A stretch of 16,631 nt of DNA, taken from positions 1 through 16,631 of the forward strand of contig JBEBGD010000116.1 of the NCBI GenBank assembly GCA_040081625.1, in the 5' to 3' direction. Made by a program: the position numbers and the translations under genes. The stretch comes from Chthoniobacteraceae bacterium. GTDB lineage: Bacteria > Verrucomicrobiota > Verrucomicrobiia > Chthoniobacterales > Chthoniobacteraceae. Under the pieces are notes generated by a model. That model did no database searches. It saw only the letters and a program-made list of their open reading frames with translations, and had not been told where the DNA came from. Of the stretch, positions 1 to 8,938 are shown piece by piece (positions within the stretch are counted from its first letter, which is position 1; every line of letters begins with the position of its first letter).

Positions 1-489
1 ATCGTCTTCGCCGGGCAGCTCTGCCTGCGAAAGGGAATCAAGACGCTGCTCGATGCGCTCACGCTCGCTGGTCGCAGCGATTGGCACGTGGATTTCCTGG
101 GCGGCGACACCGGCGAGACTGCGCGCGACTTCGCCGCGTATCGCGGAGCGACTCCGCTCCAATTCCACGGAGCAGTGCCGCAGGCGCAGCTCGCGGATGC
201 GATGCGCGCCGGCGCGGTCCTCGTGCTCCCGTCGCTCGAGGAAGGCTTCGGGCTCGTCGTGCCGCAGGCTCTCAACTGCGGACTGCCCTGCGTCGTGAGC
301 GATCGTGTCGGCGCGAAGGATCTGATCCGACATCGCGAAAACGGCTCGCTCGTTCCCGCCCGCGATGCGGCCAATCTCGCGACCGAGCTGGCATGGTGGG
401 CGCAGCATCCGAAGCGGCTCACGGAAAGCTTTGGCTGGACAGAGCCCGCACGCCAACTCATCGCACGGAGCGCCGCCGCCGCGGCCTGA
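1..489 (+). CDS. Glycosyltransferase family 4 (GT-B), C-terminal part; 5' end outside the window
   Basis: Frame is open from base 1 (IVFAGQLCLRKGIKTLLDAL...) and carries the GT4 signature VLPSLEEGFGLVVPQALNCGLPCVVSD. Stop TGA at 487-489. Confidence 0.9.
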   Translation: MVFAGQLCLRKGIKTLLDALTLAGRSDWHVDFLGGDTGETARDFAAYRGATPLQFHGAVPQAQLADAMRAGAVLVLPSLEEGFGLVVPQALNCGLPCVVSDRVGAKDLIRHRENGSLVPARDAANLATELAWWAQHPKRLTESFGWTEPARQLIARSAAAAA

Positions 490-493
490 TCCC

Positions 494-2020
494 ATGATTT
501 CCGCCCGACCGAAACGCATCGACCCGCAGCCGCCACGACAGGGTGCCGGGCGCGATCTCGACGAACCGCCGGCAGGACCTTCGTGGTCCGGCACGCTACT
601 CGCGCTGCTCGGCCTGGCCATCACCGCGCTGTTCATGTCCGGCTACAAACCGGAGACGCTCGCGCGGTCTGCCGCCTACGGAGTCGCGGCCAGCCTCGCC
701 ACCACATTCATCGCCGACTTCCGCCGCGGCGGCCTCCGCAATCTCGTGCGCGCCGACGTGCTCGCGATCTTCGGCCTGTATTTTCTCACGCTCTTTGAGT
801 TCCTCTTTCCGCATTCGAGCGTGAACGTGCTGACCAATGTCACCGCCATGCACCGCGCGATCATCGCGTGCCTGTGGGGCATGGGCGGGCTCCTCGTCGG
901 GCGGCACATCATCGCCGGCGGCCACCAGCGGCTGAGCACACTGCTCAAGCGGCCCGTGCCGCACGGATGGATGATCCTGATCTTCGTCGTCTGCCTGCTG
1001 CTCGGGCATCTACACATGCTGCTCGCGGTTGATTTTAACGTGATCGAAATGCTCGATGCCTGCATGGGGCCGCGCTTTACGCAGCCGTGGGGGCGCGGGC
1101 GATTCGGCGATTGGAAGGCGCTGCTGACCGAGCTCTCGATGCTGCTCTACATCGTGCCGCCGATCGCCGGGGTCGCCTTCGCCCGGCGCCGGTCCTTCAG
1201 CACCGCGCAGCTCGCGATGGTCGTGCTTGGATTCTCGCTCGTGATGTTTGTCGGCTTCACCAGCGGCACGCGGAATCTATTCATCGCCTATCTGCTCACG
1301 TTCCTCATCGGCTACGCGTTTGCACTGCCGCGCGAGCGGCGCGCCGAGCTGATCGCGATCACGACGGGCACGGCGCTGACTGCGCTGATCGCGACGGTGC
1401 TGATGCTCGAGTTTCGCAGCGTAGGGCTCAAGGAATGGCTCGGCGGAACCCGGCTGCCACACGCGATCACCGACGACCGGATGCACGTGGACATGAACCT
1501 CGTGGTGATCGGTCAGTTGGTGACCACTTTCCCCGCGCGCCATCCGTATCTCGGGCTGGAGGTTCCCTACCTCGCGATCATCCGACCGATCCCGCGGGCG
1601 ATCTGGGCGGGGAAGCCGGAGGGGATGACGGTCTCGCTCGAGGCGACCGCAGGCGCGGAGGAAGCGTGGACCGTGGCGTCGAGCTTCATCGGCGAATCCT
1701 ACATGGCCGGTGGCATGATCGCCGTCGTGCTGACCGGGCTGTTTTTCGGATTTGCCTGCAACTGGTGGTCGCGCCTTGCATCGCCGGAGAATTCCGAGTT
1801 CGGCATCCTGATCTTCGCCACCGGCTTTTTTGCCGCCGCGATTTCGATGCGAAGTCTTTTCGTGTTCACGACGGCGCTGCTGCCGACGATCGCGGCGATC
1901 TTCGGCACGTGGCTGCTCGTGAAGCGCGTCACCTCCGGACTCCTGCGCAGCAAGCGCCCCCGCCCCATGGCTCCGCCTCGCGGCGGGCCTCAAAAGCCAG
2001 TGCGCCGGCTGCGTGGATAA
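494..2020 (+). CDS. Multi-pass membrane protein, probable O-antigen/exopolysaccharide polymerase (Wzy-like)
   Basis: ATG 494, 4 nt after the upstream stop. About 10 or more hydrophobic segments, SGTR motif after a TM helix, large loop with IPRAIWAGKP followed by FIGESYMAGG, typical of Wzy-type polymerases. Sits among GT genes. Confidence 0.72.
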   Translation: MISARPKRIDPQPPRQGAGRDLDEPPAGPSWSGTLLALLGLAITALFMSGYKPETLARSAAYGVAASLATTFIADFRRGGLRNLVRADVLAIFGLYFLTLFEFLFPHSSVNVLTNVTAMHRAIIACLWGMGGLLVGRHIIAGGHQRLSTLLKRPVPHGWMILIFVVCLLLGHLHMLLAVDFNVIEMLDACMGPRFTQPWGRGRFGDWKALLTELSMLLYIVPPIAGVAFARRRSFSTAQLAMVVLGFSLVMFVGFTSGTRNLFIAYLLTFLIGYAFALPRERRAELIAITTGTALTALIATVLMLEFRSVGLKEWLGGTRLPHAITDDRMHVDMNLVVIGQLVTTFPARHPYLGLEVPYLAIIRPIPRAIWAGKPEGMTVSLEATAGAEEAWTVASSFIGESYMAGGMIAVVLTGLFFGFACNWWSRLASPENSEFGILIFATGFFAAAISMRSLFVFTTALLPTIAAIFGTWLLVKRVTSGLLRSKRPRPMAPPRGGPQKPVRRLRG

Positions 2021-3053
2021 GCACGCCCGCCACCGCATCGCGATCTTCTCGGTCGTGCCGTCGCCGTATCAGCGCGACCTCTTCGCCGCTCTCGCGAGGC
2101 TCGTCGATCTTCGCGTCTTCTACCTCGAAGCCGCATCGCCGGACTCGCCATGGCCGGAGAAGCCACTCGCGAACTACGAGCGGATTCTGCCGGGATTTTG
2201 GTTCCCGATCGGCAGCGCCCGGGTGCATGTAAATTGGGCACTGCCAGACGTGCGCGACTTCGATCTCGTGATCGTGAACACGCTGATGTCGATCACCGCG
2301 CAGCGACTGATGCGCGGTCGCCTGCGTGATGTGCCGTGGATTTTTCTCGGCGAGAAACTGGCGCGCCGCGGCGGCCTCCACGAGCGGCTGTGCGCACCAC
2401 TCCACCGCGCGTCCGCGATCGCCGCGGTCGGCACGTGGGCGCAACGCGACTACGCCGAACGCTTTCCCGAGCCGCGCAGCTACTGCCTGCCCTACTACTG
2501 CGAACTCGCCGGATTCCTCGCGCAAGCGCGCCACACGCCTGGAGCCGAGCCCGTGTTTCTGTTCTGCGGCCAGATGATCGAGCGCAAAGGAATCGACGTG
2601 CTGCTCGCCGCTTTCTCGCGCCTCGGACGCGGACGCCTCGTGCTCATCGGGCGTAAAGCGGAGCTGCCGCCGCTGCCGGAGCGCGTCGAATACGCGGGCT
2701 TCCAGCCGCCGGAGGAATTGCCACGATGGTTCGCAAAGGCCGATGTGTTCGTCCTGCCGAGCCGCCACGATGGATGGGGCGTCGTTGTGAACCAGGCCAT
2801 CGCCGCGGGGCTGCCGGTCATCTGCTCGGATCAAGTCGGCGCCGGTCACGATCTCGTCACCGACGGTGCGAACGGATTCAAGATTCCCGCCGGAGATGCG
2901 GACGCGTTGCTCGCCGCGATGCGCCGTTTCATCGACGAGCCGGAGCTGATCACGCGTTTCGGCGAAGCTTCGCGAAGCCGGGCGACGGAGTATGCGCCAG
3001 AGGTCGGCGCGGCGAAGTGGGTCGCAGCCATCGGGGAGGTGTTGGCGCGATGA
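2013..3053 (+). CDS. Glycosyltransferase family 4
   Basis: GTG start overlaps the upstream stop. Motifs SPYQRDLF, FCGQMIERKG and FVLPSRHDGWGVVVNQAIAAGLPVI. Confidence 0.9.
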   Translation: MDKHARHRIAIFSVVPSPYQRDLFAALARLVDLRVFYLEAASPDSPWPEKPLANYERILPGFWFPIGSARVHVNWALPDVRDFDLVIVNTLMSITAQRLMRGRLRDVPWIFLGEKLARRGGLHERLCAPLHRASAIAAVGTWAQRDYAERFPEPRSYCLPYYCELAGFLAQARHTPGAEPVFLFCGQMIERKGIDVLLAAFSRLGRGRLVLIGRKAELPPLPERVEYAGFQPPEELPRWFAKADVFVLPSRHDGWGVVVNQAIAAGLPVICSDQVGAGHDLVTDGANGFKIPAGDADALLAAMRRFIDEPELITRFGEASRSRATEYAPEVGAAKWVAAIGEVLAR

Positions 3054-4198
3054 AGATTCTGCTCGCCAGCAGCAGCTCGGGATCGCGCGGCGGAGGCGAA
3101 CTTTACCTGCTCTACCTCGCTCGCGCGCTCGCCGATCGAGGGCACGAACCGATGCTTTGGGCCTCGAGCCATCCGCGCATGGACGAACTCGCGCGCAGCT
3201 TCTCGAGCATCGGCGAAGTGCATCGCTGCGACTACGTCAACACCTACGACCGCACGCTTCGCTCGCTCGCGAGCTACCGCGACTCGGCCTCGGCGCGACG
3301 CGTCGCGGACTCGTGGCGCGCCTCGGGCGCGGAATTCGTTCACATCAACAAGCAGAACCTCGAGGACGGACTGGATCTGCTCGCCGCTGCGCGAATCGCA
3401 AGCATCCCGAGTCTGTGCACGATCCACATCACACAAGGCGCCCGGTATCTGCGCGCGCGGTTCGCCGGTCTGCGCGATGCCGTCTCGCGCCGTGCATTGA
3501 AGGCCTACGACGGATTGCTCGTGACGGTGCCGGAGCAGCGGCGGCGCGAGCTGCGGGAGTTTGTCGGCGACGACTCGCGGGTGCGCGTCGTTTACACCGG
3601 GGTGCCGCTTTTCGACCTCGGGATGCGTGAACCCCTGCGCGCCGCGAAGCGCGCGGAACTCGGAGTCGCCGCGGATCAAATGCTCATCGTCGCAGTCGGA
3701 CGATTGGTGCCGCAAAAACGTCCGCTCGCATTTCTCGAGCAGGCCCGGCTCATCGCAGCCGCGAATCCGACGACCAAGTTTCTGTGGGTCGGAGACGGCG
3801 GCCTCGCGGCGGAATGGGATGCCCGCGTCGCGAAACTCGGCCTCGGCGGCACGGTGCAGCGTCTGCCGTGGCAGGGCGATGTTCTGCCGGCGCTGTTTGC
3901 CGCGGATGTGTTCCTCCACGTCGCGGAATTCGAGGGCCTGCCGCTCGCGATCCTCGAGGCGATGTCGGCGGGCCTGCCGTGCGCGATCACGGAGCATCTG
4001 CTGGCGGAGATGCCGTTCATCGGCGCTGACGATGCGCTGTGCGCCGATGCAACGGGCTCGTGGATCGCCACGCTCGCGGACCGTCCACGGCTCGCTGCAA
4101 TGGGAGCGCGGATGCGCCGGCTCGCGGAGGAACAGTTTTCGTTCGCGAGCATGGCCGCGAGCTACGACGCGCTCTACCGGGAGACGATGCAGAGATGA
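3050..4198 (+). CDS. Glycosyltransferase family 4
   Basis: ATGA overlap at 3050-3053. N-terminal MKILL...GGGE, then VGRLVPQKR and EGLPLAILEAMSAGLP (E-x7-E). Confidence 0.9.
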   Translation: MKILLASSSSGSRGGGELYLLYLARALADRGHEPMLWASSHPRMDELARSFSSIGEVHRCDYVNTYDRTLRSLASYRDSASARRVADSWRASGAEFVHINKQNLEDGLDLLAAARIASIPSLCTIHITQGARYLRARFAGLRDAVSRRALKAYDGLLVTVPEQRRRELREFVGDDSRVRVVYTGVPLFDLGMREPLRAAKRAELGVAADQMLIVAVGRLVPQKRPLAFLEQARLIAAANPTTKFLWVGDGGLAAEWDARVAKLGLGGTVQRLPWQGDVLPALFAADVFLHVAEFEGLPLAILEAMSAGLPCAITEHLLAEMPFIGADDALCADATGSWIATLADRPRLAAMGARMRRLAEEQFSFASMAASYDALYRETMQR

Positions 4199-5208
4199 CG
4201 GTCCACTTTGTCGAGCCTCCGCCGGAGCTGCGCGTAGGTGGACTCGATGCCGCAATCCGTTCGATGGAGTCGGCGCTGCGCCGGGCCGGAGTCATCGTGC
4301 GCAACGGCGCCGCATCGACCGCGCAGCCTGGCGAAGTGGTCCACTTCCACGGACTCTGGCGCCGCGACCAGTCCCGGCTTTCGGCGCGGCTGCGTGAGCG
4401 CGGCGTGGCAATGATCGTCTCGCCGCACGGGATGCTCGAGCCGTGGGCGTGGCATCACAAGTGGTGGAAGAAGTGGCCGTATTTCCAGTTCATCGAGCGA
4501 GCGCATCTCGCGCGTGCGGATGCGCTGCTCGCCACTGCGGCGGGCGAAGCTCGACGGCTCCGGGAGTTCCTTCCGCGCGCGCGGATTGCCACGCTGCCGC
4601 TCGGTTTCACCGGCGATGCAGTGCCCGACTACGACAACGCGCGAGCGAAGCTCGGATGGACTCGGGACGAGACGGTGCTGCTGTTTCTCTCTCGCCTCCA
4701 CGTGAAGAAGGGCCTCGACCTGCTCCTGCGTGCGCTCGCGCAGATCCCCTGCCCCGCAGAGTTGCGGCTCGTGATCGTGGGCGAAGGCGATGCGCGTTAC
4801 GTCAGCGAACTCCGCCAGCTCGCGAAGCCGCTGACAGCGCGCGTCGAGTGGATCGGGCCGGTGTGGGGCGACGCGAGATGGGCGTATTTTCAAGGCGCGG
4901 ACCTGTTCTGCCTTCCGTCGCACTCGGAGAATTTCGGGCTGGCCGTGCTCGAGGCGTTGCAGGTCGGCACGCCGGCACTGACGACGACGACGACTCCGTG
5001 GGCGCAGGCGGGCAGCGTCGGCGTTCTAGCGACGGAGCCGACGGTGAAGAGCGTCGCAGCCGCGCTCACGCGATTCTTCGGCGCGGCGAAAGCGACGCCG
5101 AGCGACCGCGCGGTCATCGCGGAATGGGCGCGCGAAGAATACTCGTGGGACGCGCTCGTCGCCGGCTACGTCGCGCTCTATTCGGAGTTGGCGGAGTCCC
5201 GGCGTTAG
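4195..5208 (+). CDS. Glycosyltransferase family 4
   Basis: ATGA overlap at 4195-4198. Motifs HFHGLW, SPHGML, FLSRLHVKKGLD and LPSHSENFGLAVLEAL. Confidence 0.9.
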   Translation: MTVHFVEPPPELRVGGLDAAIRSMESALRRAGVIVRNGAASTAQPGEVVHFHGLWRRDQSRLSARLRERGVAMIVSPHGMLEPWAWHHKWWKKWPYFQFIERAHLARADALLATAAGEARRLREFLPRARIATLPLGFTGDAVPDYDNARAKLGWTRDETVLLFLSRLHVKKGLDLLLRALAQIPCPAELRLVIVGEGDARYVSELRQLAKPLTARVEWIGPVWGDARWAYFQGADLFCLPSHSENFGLAVLEALQVGTPALTTTTTPWAQAGSVGVLATEPTVKSVAAALTRFFGAAKATPSDRAVIAEWAREEYSWDALVAGYVALYSELAESRR

Positions 5209-6140
5209 AGCAGCGCAGTCACATGCGCCGCCGACGCGCTGGCCAGGCCGGTGAGCGAATAGCCGCCTTCGAGCAAGCTGACCACGCGGCCTTGCGCGTG
5301 ATCGTCGGCGACCTTGCGAACGACGCGCGTGAGGTCGGCGAAGTCCTCGTCGGTGAGCGTGAACTGGCCGAGCGGGTCGTTGATGCGCGAGTCGAAGCCG
5401 GCGCTCACGAGCACGAGTTCGGGGCGGAACTTCTCCATCGCCGCCACGAGCTTCGTCTCGATTGCACCGAGCACTTCAGCGCGGCCGGAGGCGGCAGGGA
5501 GCGGAAAATTCATCGTGGTGCCGAGGCCGTCGCCGCGACCCGTCTCGTCCTTCGCGCCGGTGCCGGGATACCACGGACTCTGGTGCGTGGAGCAGAAGAA
5601 CACGCTGCCGTCTTCGTAGAAAATGTCCTGCGTGCCGTTGCCGTGGTGAACGTCCCAATCGACGATGAGCACCTTGCCGAGTCCGTGGCGCTTCTGCGCG
5701 TGGCGCGCGGCGAGGGCGATGTTGTTCACCACGCAGAAGCCCATGCCGTAAGCCGCGCCGGCGTGATGCCCAGGCGGTCGCACGACGCAGAAGGCGCGCT
5801 GTGCGTGGCCGGTGCAGACGGCGTCGATCGCGGCGATGGCGCTGCCAGCGGCGCGTTGCGCGGCGGCCCATGAACGGTTGTTGACCTGCGTGTCGCCGGT
5901 GGAGAGCTGGCTCGCGCCGGCCTCGATCTCGCGCTCGGCGAGCGCGAGGTAGCTGCGGGCGTGGACAAGCGCGAGGTCGTCGATCGTCGCATCGCGCGGC
6001 TCGAGCCGGGTGAGCTTTGCGGTGAGGCCAGCGGAATCGAGCGCGTTCATCACTGCGCGAAAGCGTCGCGGCTTCTCGGGATGGCCGTGGCCGGGATCGT
6101 GGGTTTCGCAAAGCGGGTCGGCGACTAGGGCGGTGGTCAC
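5205..6140 (-). CDS. Zn-dependent histone deacetylase / AcuC / acetylpolyamine amidohydrolase family protein
   Basis: GTG start at 6140 in a GTGA overlap with the upstream stop. Intact motifs GHPE, RPPGHHA, GFC, DWDVHHGNGT, SAGFD and LEGGY. Confidence 0.93.
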   Translation of the reverse strand: MTTALVADPLCETHDPGHGHPEKPRRFRAVMNALDSAGLTAKLTRLEPRDATIDDLALVHARSYLALAEREIEAGASQLSTGDTQVNNRSWAAAQRAAGSAIAAIDAVCTGHAQRAFCVVRPPGHHAGAAYGMGFCVVNNIALAARHAQKRHGLGKVLIVDWDVHHGNGTQDIFYEDGSVFFCSTHQSPWYPGTGAKDETGRGDGLGTTMNFPLPAASGRAEVLGAIETKLVAAMEKFRPELVLVSAGFDSRINDPLGQFTLTDEDFADLTRVVRKVADDHAQGRVVSLLEGGYSLTGLASASAAHVTALL

Positions 6141-7510
6141 GTTTGGTTCGGGTTTCGGGTCTCGAGATTCGGGTTTCTCGCGGCGTATTGCGCGGCGAGA
6201 TTCTGGCGGCTGATTTTTCCGCGCTCGCTGACGGGCAACGCGGCGACGAGCCATACATCGCGCGGCACCTGCCACGGCGCGAGCGCAGAGGCGGCGTGGC
6301 GCTGAAGCGCGGCGGGATCGATCTCGCCGGCAACACACGCGACGGGTTCTTCTCCGCGCAGTTTTGAGGGCACTCCGAAGACGGCGACCTGACGCACGCC
6401 GGGAAACTTTGCGAGGCACTGCTCGACTTCGAGCGGGTTGAGCTTGCGGCCGCCGACGTTAATGACATCGCCCGATCGGCCCGCTATCACGAGCCCGTGC
6501 TCGCCGCGCCGCACGAGGTCGGGCGGGCGGTAGCATCCGCCGCCGAGACTCTCGGGCGACTCGTCCGGGAAATAACCCTCGCCCACCGCGGCGCTCCGGA
6601 CGGTGAACGGATCGAGCTCGACGCTGACGCCGTCCATAGCCTCGCCGACGAGGCCTTCCTCCGGTAGCTCACCCGCGCGATCGTAGGCGATGCCGCCGCT
6701 CTCGCTCGCGCCGTAGAATGTGTGAAGCGGGAGGCCGAAGCGCGCGTGAAACTTCGCCCACACCGCGCGGGAGAGCGGCGCGCCCGCGGAGATGCAGAGG
6801 CGCAGTCGCGGGGGCGAAGGAGCGTCGATCTCAGCGAGATGCTGGAAGAGCACGGGCGTGCCGGGAAAGACGGTTGCGCCGCTGCGGGCGAGGCCGTCGA
6901 GAATAGCGCGCGGCAGGCGGTCTTCGGCGGCGACGACCGACACGCCGCGCAGAAGGAGCGGGGTGAGCAGATTGCTGAAGCCGTAGCTGTGCGCGAATGG
7001 AATGACACCGAAGTTCACATCACCGTCGCCAATGCCCATGGTCGCGCAGATGTGCTCGCAGTCTGCGGCGAGTTGCGCGGCGGTGAAGCGAATCGCGCGC
7101 GGAGCGCCTGTCGTGCCGCTGGTGAGCTTGAGCAGGGCGGTGGCGGGCAGCCTCGAGTCTCGAGTTCCGAGTTTCGGGTGGATCGCGAGGGTCGCGTCGA
7201 GCAATGCGTTTGCGAATGACGGCGGCTGCGTATCCGCACCGAGTGGGAGCGTGATGTGGCCGCCGCGGAGCAGCGCGAGGAAGACGGCCGGCCAGCTCGG
7301 GGAATTGCCGATCTGCACCGCGACGATCGAGCCCGGCGCAAGCGCGGCGAATCGCGGTGCAAGCTCGCGCGCTTCGTCGTCGATCTGTGCGAACGTGCGA
7401 AGCGTCGAACCGTCCGGCGAGAGGACCGCAGTAGCGGCGCGGCGGCGTGCGAGCATTTGCTGCCACGGTTCGAGCAGCGGGGTGAAATCGAGCGTCGGCA
7501 TCTTTTCCAT
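6137..7510 (-). CDS. Class I adenylate-forming enzyme (AMP-binding acyl-CoA/acyl-ACP ligase family)
   Basis: A3 LTSGTTGAPR, A4 HSYG, A5 FYGASESG, A7 D, A8 GRSGDVINVGGRKLNPLEVE, A10 LPVSERGK. Start is ATG 7510 or 7501; the longer track ORF overlaps rpmE. Confidence 0.88.
   Translation of the reverse strand: MEKMPTLDFTPLLEPWQQMLARRRAATAVLSPDGSTLRTFAQIDDEARELAPRFAALAPGSIVAVQIGNSPSWPAVFLALLRGGHITLPLGADTQPPSFANALLDATLAIHPKLGTRDSRLPATALLKLTSGTTGAPRAIRFTAAQLAADCEHICATMGIGDGDVNFGVIPFAHSYGFSNLLTPLLLRGVSVVAAEDRLPRAILDGLARSGATVFPGTPVLFQHLAEIDAPSPPRLRLCISAGAPLSRAVWAKFHARFGLPLHTFYGASESGGIAYDRAGELPEEGLVGEAMDGVSVELDPFTVRSAAVGEGYFPDESPESLGGGCYRPPDLVRRGEHGLVIAGRSGDVINVGGRKLNPLEVEQCLAKFPGVRQVAVFGVPSKLRGEEPVACVAGEIDPAALQRHAASALAPWQVPRDVWLVAALPVSERGKISRQNLAAQYAARNPNLETRNPNQT
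6148..6175. repeat. Four tandem degenerate 7-mers (TCGrGwy)
   Basis: tcgggtt-tcgggtc-tcgagat-tcgggtt. Confidence 0.75.
7153..7180. repeat. Four tandem degenerate 7-mers (yCGrGTn), same family as 6148-6175
   Basis: tcgagtc-tcgagtt-ccgagtt-tcgggtg. Confidence 0.75.
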
Positions 7511-7537
7511 TGCACGAGTAACGATCGCAGCTAGCGT
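7510..7537 (+). promoter_or_regulatory. Putative sigma70 promoter for rpmE
   Basis: TTGCAC (7510-7515), 16 nt spacer, TAGCGT (7532-7537), about 21 nt before the rpmE ATG. Confidence 0.45.
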
Positions 7538-7558
7538 CCGCACTCCTTTTTCCTGACT

Positions 7559-7795
7559 ATGAAAGACGGCATCCATCCCGACTACGAACCGACCAGCATC
7601 CGCTGCGCCTGTGGCAAGATGTATCACACGCGCTCGACGCGGAAGAATCTCAGCATTGGCATCTGCGCGGCTTGCCATCCGTTTTTCACCGGCGAGCAGA
7701 AGTTCGTCGATACGGCGGGGCGCATCGAGAAGTTCTCTAAGCGTTACGCCAATATGCCCCAGCGCGTCGCGAAGAAGGCGGGCGCGTCAGCCTAG
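7559..7795 (+). CDS. rpmE: 50S ribosomal protein L31 (zinc-binding C+ type)
   Basis: [37 protein letters not shown]. All four Cys ligands are present. Confidence 0.97.
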   Translation: MKDGIHPDYEPTSIRCACGKMYHTRSTRKNLSIGICAACHPFFTGEQKFVDTAGRIEKFSKRYANMPQRVAKKAGASA

Positions 7796-7816
7796 CTGGC
7801 CAGTTTTCGATTTTCT

Positions 7817-7857
7817 GAACGGTGAAGGTGCCCACGCGCCTTCACCGTTTTGTTTTG
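7817..7857 (+). terminator. Intrinsic terminator/attenuator between rpmE and prfA
   Basis: Stem aacggtgaaggtgc (7818-7831) pairs with gcgccttcaccgtt (7836-7849): 14 bp with one G-U and a 4-nt loop, running into ttttgttttgt. Confidence 0.8.
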
Positions 7858-7861
7858 TCTC

Positions 7862-8938
7862 ATGGACTTCGCACCACTCATCACTCGCAAACGTGCACGC
7901 TTCGACGAAATCGAAGCGTTGATCGTTTCCGGTGCGGCATATGCCGATCCGCGCAAGTCGAAGGACATCCTGCGCGAGCACATGCGGCTGAAGGAGCTGC
8001 TCGCGGACTGGCGGTCGCTGGAAAAGGCGCGCGCCGAGCACGCGGAGAATACCGACCTCGCGAAGGGCACGGACGAACTTGCCGACATGGCGAAGGCGGA
8101 ACTACCGCAACTCGAGGAGCGGATCGCAGCGCTCGATCGCAATGTGCAACTCTCCCTGCTGCCGCCTGATCCGAACGAGGACAAGGATGCGATCGTCGAG
8201 ATCCGCGCCGGCACCGGCGGCGATGAGGCGGGGCTTTTCGCGGGCGATCTATACCGGATGTATTGCCGCTATGCGGAGACGGCGGGGCTGAAGATCGAGA
8301 GCCTCGAATCGAGCGTGGGCGACATTGGCGGGTTCAAGGAAATCATCTTCAAAGTCAGCGGTGATGGCGTCTTCCGAAAGCTGCGCTACGAGAGCGGCGT
8401 GCATCGCGTGCAGCGCGTGCCGGCGACCGAGGCGCAGGGTCGCATCCACACGAGCGCCGCGACGGTGGCCGTGCTGCCGGAGGCGGAGGATGTCGATCTC
8501 GAACTCAAGCCCGACGAGATTCGGATCGAAGTCTGCCGCGCTGGCGGCCCCGGCGGCCAGGGCGTGAACACGACCGACTCCGCCGTGCAGGTGATGCACA
8601 TCCCGACGGGCACGATCGTCCGCTGCCAGGACGGCCGCAGTCAGCAGAAGAACAAGGAGAAGGCGCTCACGATCCTGCGCACGCGCCTGCTCGAGGTGAA
8701 GCAGCGCGCCGAGGCCGAGAAATACGCGGCGCAGCGCAAATCGCAGATCGGCTCGGGTGACCGCTCGGAGAAAATCCGCACCTACAACTTCCCGCAGAAC
8801 CGTGTGACCGATCACCGCATCGAGCTGACGCTCTACAGTCTCGACCGCTTCCTCGAGGGCGAGATCGCGCAGATGATCGAGTCGCTCCAGCGGGCGGACA
8901 TGGAGGAGCGGTTGGCGGCGGCGGCGGAGACGGCGTAA
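7862..8938 (+). CDS. prfA: Peptide chain release factor 1
   Basis: EIRAGTGGDEA, ESGVHRVQRVPATE (RF1-specific PxT), GGPGGQGVNTTDSAV, DRSEKIRTYNFPQNRVTDHRI. ATG 7862 is preferred to TTG 7850, which lies in the terminator tail. Confidence 0.97.
   Translation: MDFAPLITRKRARFDEIEALIVSGAAYADPRKSKDILREHMRLKELLADWRSLEKARAEHAENTDLAKGTDELADMAKAELPQLEERIAALDRNVQLSLLPPDPNEDKDAIVEIRAGTGGDEAGLFAGDLYRMYCRYAETAGLKIESLESSVGDIGGFKEIIFKVSGDGVFRKLRYESGVHRVQRVPATEAQGRIHTSAATVAVLPEAEDVDLELKPDEIRIEVCRAGGPGGQGVNTTDSAVQVMHIPTGTIVRCQDGRSQQKNKEKALTILRTRLLEVKQRAEAEKYAAQRKSQIGSGDRSEKIRTYNFPQNRVTDHRIELTLYSLDRFLEGEIAQMIESLQRADMEERLAAAAETA

Noticed and set aside
365..493. N-terminal extensions in the ORF track (starts 365, 2726, 4039, 6419, 7678, 10243, 14397)
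   Set aside because: Most overlap real neighbouring genes. Coupled or near-adjacent starts at 494, 3050, 4195, 6140, 7510, 10114 and 13866 fit the family N-termini better.
4981..4995. (ACG)4-ACT run as a phase-variation tract
   Set aside because: In-frame triplets encoding TTTTT before PW, a Thr-rich position in this GT4 type. Slippage would not frameshift.
4443..5873. Long R/A/G-rich alternative-frame ORFs (476, 469, 420, 381 and 356 aa)
   Set aside because: Expected from stop-codon scarcity at high GC; each overlaps well-supported genes.
7559..7795. Zn-independent L31 paralog under Zur control
   Set aside because: All four cysteines are present and I see no Zur box.
7862..8938. RF2-type programmed frameshift
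   Set aside because: The ORF is continuous and has the PAT motif of RF1, not SPF.
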